From NCBI RefSeq assembly GCF_037042905.1, contig NC_087245.1:9798001-9862000 (forward strand): DNA of 64,000 nt, in the 5' to 3' direction. Position 1 is the stretch's first letter. Each line of letters begins with the position of its first letter. The position numbers and the translations under genes were made by a program. Positions 55,743 to 64,000 of this stretch are shown in pieces. Source of the DNA: Lytechinus pictus. Its lineage: Eukaryota. The notes below the pieces were generated by a model. That model saw only the letters and a list, made by a program, of their open reading frames with translations. It had not been told where the DNA came from and did not search any database.

Positions 55743-57128
55743 AAGTTGTTCGGAAAAGGGTAGTTAAAAGAAAAGATAAGGAAGATGATGTGATTGTGCT
55801 TTGCTGGGGGATAGTCTTTCCTTACTGTTGCTAATATTATATCAGTGTATAATTTTTTTAAGCGGCGCCTTTTCTTTTCTCTCCTATATTTTTATTTTTT
55901 TCAAGCAGCGCCTTTTCTTTCTTTTACTTTTTTTTTTTTTTTTTTTGAGCGGCGCCTTCGGCGCCGCTCAAATATTAGGGGGGGGCGCGCGCCCCCTGCG
56001 CCATCCCCCTGGATCCGCCACTGTTTATAGACCCCGGTTATAGACCCTATATAGTTGCCCCATAGAGTTGTATAAACCCAAAACTCCATGAGTTGCCCCC
56101 AGAAATCATTATTTTTACTTGAAATTTTCACAAAATGCATGAAATCCTCAAATTTCACTTTAAAAAATGCAAAAGCCCCTTAATGAAAAGCTCGGATGCT
56201 TCGCTCCCTTGCTTTCTTTTTTTTAAAGTAAAAAATTATTTAATTCTGCCCCCTCCCCTCTCACGGGCGTAAATCCCGGGAGATGGGGGATAGGCATCCC
56301 CCCAAAAAAAATGTCGGAGAGGGGTAGCATGTACAATCATCCCCCTCCCCTTTCAAGATAGAAAAATATTTTTTTAATCACAAAATTATCCAAATTTTGC
56401 ATTCTAAAAATTAGAAATTATTTTCTCACGCGGTCGCTCCGCTCCTGCGCTCAGCCTATTCTTACAATCATTTGGCTGTCCTACTTAGATTATTGCAAAG
56501 GTTATATCCACTCATTCCACTGCATCATTTATGAATGAATATGTGATTCCAATGAATTTCAAATATGATTATAACTTTTATCATAAACGAATCAAAACAT
56601 TTAAATACACTCGTGAATATGGGAGGGGTTCATCTTGTATCTAGGAATAGGTTGAGCGCGGGAGGGGTCCACACAAACCAAGCACTGCTTTGTAGTGGAA
56701 CCCTTCATTTTCTCAGTAGTTATTTTGTAATGTTTATGATATTTTGCTTATCTTTGTTTTGTTTTACTCGTAGAAAAATATCATACATTGTACATGCCTC
56801 CATTTATAATGTCTGTATAAGTTCATTGTAATTATTTCGACCACTTTAATTTGTTCTGTTGAAATTGAAATAAATCGAAATTTAAAATTGAAATTACCTT
56901 TGTGAAAGTGGGGGTTTGTACGAAAATTATTTGGCCTACCGTATTCTTCAAAAGTATATGATGAGATATTAAAGACATTGACCAATGCTCTTTATGAAAC
57001 GGTCATCTTTACCATTTTATCGACTTATATAGGGGACTTAAAATCACAGTAAATTACCCAACAATGTATTTCATTAATGAATTTTGCTCAAAATTTGGAT
57101 TTCATATCATCTCCCAATATAATCTCAA

Positions 57129-57705
57129 AGGTCAAGTCCAACTCAGAAAAATGATGATTTGAATCAATAGAGAAAAATGAGACAAGCATAATGCTGAAAA
57201 TTTCATCACAATCGGATGTAAAATAAGAAAGTTATGACATTATGAAGTTTCGCTTATTTTTCAAAAAATATATGCACAATTATTTAGTCACAAATAAGAG
57301 AATGGATTATGTCCTTCACTCACTATTTCTTTTGTTTTTTACGATTTTTAGGGATTTGAAAAAAAAAAAACTTGACTGAACCATAAAATGTCAAACAATG
57401 GTAATTCCACATAATTATGTTCAGGGAGAAATAAAACTTTGTCTCACAGGTCAATGAGGAGAAAATGAGAATATTTCATACTTCATATAAGGAAATATAA
57501 AGGAAATAGTGAGTGAGTGATGTCATCCGTTCCCTCATTTGCATATCGATCGGGATGTGCACTGTTTTTTGAAATTATAAGCGAAACTTCAAAATGTCAT
57601 ATCTTTCTTATTTTACATCCGATTTTGATGAAATTTTCAATGTTATGCTTGCTAGATTTTTCTCTTTTTATTCAAATCAAATGTTAGTTGGAGTGGACTT
57701 GTCCT
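57129..57705. mobile_element. Kolobok-like MITE
   Basis: AGGTCAAGTCCA...TGGACTTGTCCT|TTAA. Confidence 0.7.
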
Positions 57706-58396
57706 TTAAGATTATTCTAAATCTTTCATTTTCGTATTCATCATTGTGATATTTCCACGTTTTTTGGAAGTTTGTGGCCTGTGATGGCCTATATGAGTTT
57801 CATATGGCACCCTTATTCCTGATAATCATGATCCTACTTTTTGTTTTCACCCTCCTCTCACCTTTGACCAGTGCTTGAGCAAAAGAGTTTTCATTAAACT
57901 ATAAACTCGACTATTTAAATCCCTATTTGCTCTTTTTATATATTTCTTGTCCATATCCTTCTAAAGTTTACGTTATTGATAATATTGGCATGCGTATTAT
58001 TTTAAACGACTGAAGCAACTTTTTTAACGCTCGCTATAACCACGCTCACCGCCGCAATTTCTCCCATAATAATACTCCCTTGAAAGGCGATTTGATAATC
58101 ATTTTGTTTCTGTTTCCTGTAGTTTACGTCACAACAAATCCATTACAATATAACCATCATAATGATTGTGATAGTCGTTCATGGTAGTATTACGCACGCA
58201 GTCATTTACCCCTATACAAATACCCTTAAAAACCTCTTCCAAGACGCTATGCTCATTCGAAACATTATCCAATAATTATACCTCATGAAAGACAATTTTG
58301 GTCATCATGTCTGTCTTCCAACTACTGAAAATGTGCTCGCTCGCTCGCTCGAACTGTATAGTTCACAACAAATTCATTATTATAGCCATTCATTAA

Positions 58397-59159
58397 AAGG
58401 ATGGTCCGGGCTAAAAGTATGTATAGCTTAATAAATAAAGTAGAATTTACTGAGCAAGATGCCGAAAATTTCATCAAACTCGGAAAAAAAATAACAAAGT
58501 TATTGAATTTTTAAAGTAATATTTTGTGAAAACAGTCGTCATGAATATTCATTCGGTGGGCTAATATACACTTAAAACAGATCAGTCAAATTGACTAGAG
58601 CAGTAGTTAGCTGGGAGCAACTGATATGGCAATCCCTGATAATCACATTTCTGACATATATTCTAGTCAGAAATAACTCTGTTCTAGTAGAATATGACTA
58701 GAAAATAGTCAAATATGACTAAAATAAGAGTTGCACCCAGCTGACCCTTTTAACTAGTCATTTTTGACTGATTTATTTTTAGAGTGTATATCTCCACTGG
58801 TTCTTTTGTATTTTATTATATGAAATTAGGTTTATTCATTTGGATTGGCAACTCATTTAGTGCATTAGATATTTATTGCTGCAACTTATTTCATTATAAT
58901 GGAGACATTTGCACACAAGCATGAAATAATGAAAAAATTTGATTTTATGTTATAACATAAGAAAACGGAAAGTGGAGATGTGACGTCATCAGCCCACCTG
59001 ATGAATATTCATGAAGACTGTTTTAACAAAATATTGCTCAACTTTAAACTTCAATAACTTTATTATTTGTTATCCGATTTTGATGAAATTCTCGGCATTT
59101 TGCTTAGTGTATTCTACTGTATGTATTAAGATATAAATATTTTCAGAACGGACCATCCC
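58397..59159. mobile_element. Kolobok-like MITE with a nested CACT-ended MITE (58569..58786, TA TSD)
   Basis: TTAA|..GGATGGTCCG / CGGACCATCCC|TTAA; inner TA|CACTTAAAA...TTTTAGAGTG|TA. Confidence 0.7.
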
Positions 59160-59431
59160 TTAATAACTCCGTATATAGTCATTATAGCTTGTCCAGTATT
59201 GTGTGCGCCTCACTGGCGACTGGCTGGAATACTCCCCAGGGAGTGGAGGATGTGCACACATCACATTGTGATAGATAAATGGTATTTATTAAAATTCTCC
59301 ATATATTGCAGTTAACAAACTGAATTGCATGTGAATTACAAAGTTAAAAATACAATATATTTTCTTTGAATACGTTTTACAATACAAGTTCAAGAGTGTG
59401 AAAAGTATATACCGTATACCATTGATCTTAA

Positions 59432-59979
59432 AGGAGAATGAAATCTTTGGAAGAAGATTACTTGTGCGCATGAGAACAGAAAAATCAAAGAAACAGATCA
59501 ACGAAAGTTTGAGAAAAATTGGACAAATAATAAGAAAGTTATGAGCATTTGAATATTGCGATCACTAATGCGACAAAGATGTGTGATGTCACTTGTGAAC
59601 AACTCTCCCCATTATAGTATATATATCTCACTAAAACTGCCTCTTTTTTTCACATCTATCAGTAGAGCATAATATTCTTTGTATAGGCGGGCATGTAATA
59701 CAGATCTTTAAAGAATACATCATGGATAAAGAGTTTGTATCACCGTAAGAAAAAGCAAAAAGAGACATTTTGGGGGTATTTTATAGTCCATCAAAGGGAA
59801 AGTTGTTCACATGTGACATCACACATCCTTGTCTCCATGGCATTAGTGATTGCAATATTCAAATGCTCATAACTTTCTAATTATTTGTCCGATTTTTCTC
59901 AAACTTTCTTTTTTCTTATTCTTTGATGTTTCTGTTTCGACATAAGCCTACTTAATTGTTCCAAAGGTTTCATTCCCCT
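59432..59979. mobile_element. Kolobok-like MITE
   Basis: TTAA|AGGAGAATGAAA..TTTGG / CCAAAGGTTTCATTCCCCT|TTAA. Confidence 0.75.
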
Positions 59980-60716
59980 TTAATGATACAATTAAAACTA
60001 ATACAATTCCTGGGATAAAATTACATTCATGCATAATTGTACATTGTCAGGATCAAGAAAGATTTTTGGAAAGGAGAAGGCAAGGAAAGAGTACAGGGTT
60101 AGAGAAGTAATATGGTAAACGATTCAATCAAGAATGGATCTTTTAGTAGAATTTTTAAACTTCTTCTTCTTCAATTTAAAAATGCATCAATAGGCCTACA
60201 CTAACCTGAGAATAAGGGATCAATATTAAGAACTATAGCCTTATAATCCTATGATCACCCATTTGAGAGGATTCTGTTAACGTAAACGCCCGTTGTAACG
60301 ATAGATCAGCCCCTTCCCACATGGGGGGCATAGGGAACTTGCCATCCCCCTAAAAAAATTTCCCGTAGGAAAAATGCCCTTTATTCAAAATGGAAATTAC
60401 CCTTTTTCAAAATGAAATGTGACATTTTTCGAAATGAAATAGGCCCACCCTTTTTAAAATACAACATAATACATTTTAGGTTAGAAAATAAAAAAAAGTA
60501 TGTAGTTATTGTTTAGTACAAGATACTCACTCTGTTTTTTGTTACAAAAAATAATGTTTAGAATGTCCATTATTTTTCAGTTTGCAATATCACAAATTTT
60601 CAGCTCACGCTTTGCGCTCGCAATGTTCGATTGGGGAAATATGTATCCTATTCATGAGTCACTATATGCATTCTTTAATAATAATAATAATAATAATAAT
60701 AATGATAATAATAATA

Positions 60717-61666
60717 ATTTTCCTTTGATCAGCTGAAGGCTGATCAAAGGAAAATGAGACTGGAAGGATGGAAAGAGAAGGTGATGCACGGGCAGCATTT
60801 AAGACAGACAGATGAGTTTGCTGGACCAGAGAGTTGGCAGTGGCTGAAACGAGGAAGTTTAAATTAAGAAGGAGACGGAAAGTATGCTAGTTGCTGCTCA
60901 GGACCAAGCAATTAGAACAAATTACCGAAGAGCCAAAGTTGAAAAGGAGCATACCCGGGGAGCATACATCTCCCTCATGTAGAATGTGTCATGACAAAGA
61001 CGAAACGGTGTCTCATCTGGTGAGTGAATGCAGCAAAATGGCACAGACAGAGTACAAAGGAAGGCACGACAGAGTAGCAGCTGCAGTTCATTGGGGTCTG
61101 GCCAAGAAGTACCATTTACCCCATGCGGAAAAATGGTACGAACATCGGGCAGAGCCTGTAGTAGAGAACGACGATGTAAAACTTTTATGGGATTTTAATA
61201 TCAAGACAGACAAGGACATTGAAGCTAGACGACCAGACATCGTTCTCTTAAAGAAGAAGGAAAATGAATGTCTCATCATAGATATTGCGATTCCGGGAGA
61301 CTGCAGAGCTTGGCGTAAAGAGGAGGAAAAGATACAGAAGTATAACGATCTGGCATGGGACCTGAGAAGGATATGGAAGGTGAAGACGAAGGTGGTACCA
61401 ATAGTCATCGGAGCCTTAGGAACAGTGACAACAAGACACAGAAGCTTTCTGGCTGTTCTAGGAGTCGAGGTGTCCTTTGAAACGATACAGAAGGCAAGCT
61501 TGCTTGGAACAGCTCATATCTTACGGAAGGTCTTGAATTAGAAAGAGAAGTGAACAATGAGAAGAGGACCCATTTGATAGAATATAGAACAATAACCCTA
61601 GATTTCTGGAAGAAGTCCGGTTGCTGTTTAATATACCAACAGAACATCAAGTTGTGGACAATGGAA
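60717..61666 (+). mobile_element. 5'-truncated R4/Dong-clade non-LTR retrotransposon (restriction-like endonuclease domain), frameshifted
   Basis: WKEKVMHGQ...AAQDQAIRTN, CCHC finger CRMC...ETVSHLVSEC, RHD, PDIV...IIDIAIP, EKIQKY motifs; flanked by (TAA)n on both sides. Confidence 0.9.
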
Positions 61667-61896
61667 ATAATAATAATAATAATAATAATAATTTCGCATG
61701 ATGATGGGCTGATGGATGGGTTGGGGTAAATGAAGCAGATGTGAAATTATTATTCTTATATTGTACTTGTTCATGGTTCTTGTGTAGTATTTATATAAAT
61801 TTCTATAAAATCTCATGTTCCATTGTAAAAGAGAACTGTTGCTCGGCTAGCGCCATGAGCGTCTACTGACGGTGTGCGCGCTCTACAAATATACAC

Positions 61897-61930
<34 letters not shown>

Positions 61931-61964
61931 AATAATAATAATAATGATGATGATGATAATAATA

Positions 61965-61995
<31 letters not shown>

Positions 61996-64000
61996 TAATA
62001 TTGTACATTTATATAGCGCTTATTACAGTAGTTTCTAAGCGCTTAACATTTATATCTTAACGTAATACATGTATAAGAATTGTGAAGAGCATAATAAATT
62101 ATATTACATTACAATTGCATAATATTACATTAAATTACATTATATTAAATTACATTGCAAGATATTATAATAAGTAATTAAAGAAAACAGCAGGGGTGAC
62201 ATGGAATCAGTGAATCGAACTACAGTCCATTGAATAGATATGTTTTGAGTCTGCTTTTGAAGGTGTCTACAGAAGGAGAATCACGGATTATCACTTTAAC
62301 CGTTCCTTTCGTGGTCAGTATATTGAAAATTTCAGCTTGCGCTTCGCGCTCACGTTAATTCTTTAGTCAGATTCAAATCTTTTTCATGATTACAAAAACT
62401 GCTCGGAATTTTTAATTTTTACTTCTTATTGAAATGTCCAAAAGTTGGAGCTTGCGATTCGCGCTCGCAACATCTCACAAGGATGCCCTTTTAACAGTAA
62501 TTTGCGCCACTTTACCAAAAACCGATTTGTACATTAGATTTCAGTGAATTTTTTTTCACAAAACCGCTCGCACGCTACACTCTATAGCGGAAAAATTAAG
62601 CCTAAATATACATCTTATCATACTAAGTAATCACTTCAAAAAGGCTTTGCTCAACTTGATTAGGCCTACATAGGCCTCCGACTTCATGCAGATTATAATA
62701 TCCTGGTGAAAATATCCGTGTGCAAAAAATGCCCATTTAGACATATACGTGCCTTTTTTGGCTTTGCCCCCCCCCCCCCCAAAAAAAAAAAAAAAAAAAT
62801 GAAAATACTTTCCGCCGACTTCCTTCCCATTCTCATAACATATGTGTTTTACCCGTGCACGCTTGCCCTTCCGAGTTTCCCGGCTTCGCCGCAGATAACT
62901 TCATTTTTTTCGGATTAACGAGCCTTATTTCGTTTTCGGACTAACGAACCTCATTTTGTTTTCGAAGTTCGAACTAACGATCTTTAGGAATAACGAACCC
63001 TATCTATTTTGTTTTTCGGATTAACAGACATATAGGCCTATTATGGACAATTTACGTGTTTCGGAATTACGAACCTTCGGGAGATACCATCAAACCTATA
63101 CTTTCCTTTATAGCCACTTTGATGCCGCAATGATATAATATGTTACACACTGTATATTTCTTGCAGATTGTAGACAAGATTCCTGCCTACAGACTTACAG
63201 GCGAATTACAAAAGGAAACATGCTCTTGTAATGATAATTACTTTACGCTGCTTCCTGTCGGATAATATGAGCAGGCACATTGCTCACTTTTACAGGGGAC
63301 AGCAAAAATAAATGTTGCAATATTTCTTGAAATCTTATTTGAAATTACTCGACTGGTCGCATTTGGCCGCAGTTCTGACACATATATAGCATCACAATTT
63401 GATACATTCCAACAAACTAATCATAACATTTGTAGTGTGGAAGTGTGTGGGATTTTGTAAAATGTTGATTTTAAAAAATGTCAAATAATTCGGTTTTATC
63501 ACATTTCGAAACTGTTATCATTCAATATTTCAATATAATAGGATACGCCTATGTGATTATCAACGCTGTTTTTACAGAGAGTGAATAAAACGCTGTTTTG
63601 CGGAGAATAATACACAGCTAGTACACACACAGTGATTAAACTGAGATTAAAATCATATTATTGTTATAATAACAGTAGACAAAAATAAGAATGAAAATCT
63701 GATGTGAAAGAGTATAAGAAAGATCGATAGGAGAAAAGAGAGAGAGAGTGAGAGAGGGAGGGGAGAGAATAGATTTGCAAAAATTGTTCTTGTCAATGGA
63801 TGCAATGTAATGTGAAAAGAGTTTGAATGTCATGTTGGGTACTTATGTATGGAGCTATAGTGAATAAATAAAAAAAAATGTTTGGCACTTCTTTTGCTTG
63901 TATTTAAACATGAATATTCGTTATTGAAAGTAAGAAAGATCAAGTTTATTGGCATAGAAAATTGGATTATAGTGTGAGATTTAAAACCCTTTTTTGGTAT

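Noticed and set aside
63167..63265. Possible + strand terminal exon (IVDKIPAYRLTGELQKE...*) after a ttgcag acceptor
   Set aside because: No upstream exons or recognisable protein; needs transcript data

Overview
AT-rich, intron-containing animal genomic DNA. The repeat style suggests a sea urchin or other echinoderm, but that is inference. The window holds two convergent protein-coding genes. (1) UBA5, the UFM1-activating E1, on the + strand: 12 coding exons from 2561 to 33639, 402 aa, all GT-AG introns with consistent phases. Its first intron is 22.7 kb and is mostly two nested stacks of non-autonomous DNA transposons, most of whose boundaries can be read from exact target-site duplications (TSDs). 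The first stack is 5.6 kb (4386-10007). The second is a 13.1-kb GGCC-ended element with an 8-bp TSD (10612-23687) that carries two satellite arrays, a 4.9-kb element with a 10-bp TSD, a 2.7-kb near-perfect palindrome with IS3EU-type ends and a 39-bp P-like mini-element. (2) On the - strand (43544 to about 54000), a putative innate-immune adaptor with low-complexity duplicated N-terminal exons, a TIR domain and a C-terminal Death domain, the reverse order of MyD88. It has tandem NF-kB consensus sites at its 5' end and no AUG found for its first ~186 spliced codons. The remainder is MITEs, SINEs, a Helentron-type HINE, an L1/Tx1 fragment and a Dong/R4-type retroelement inserted in a (TAA)n tract. 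No transposase ORF, rRNA, intact tRNA or CRISPR array was found.
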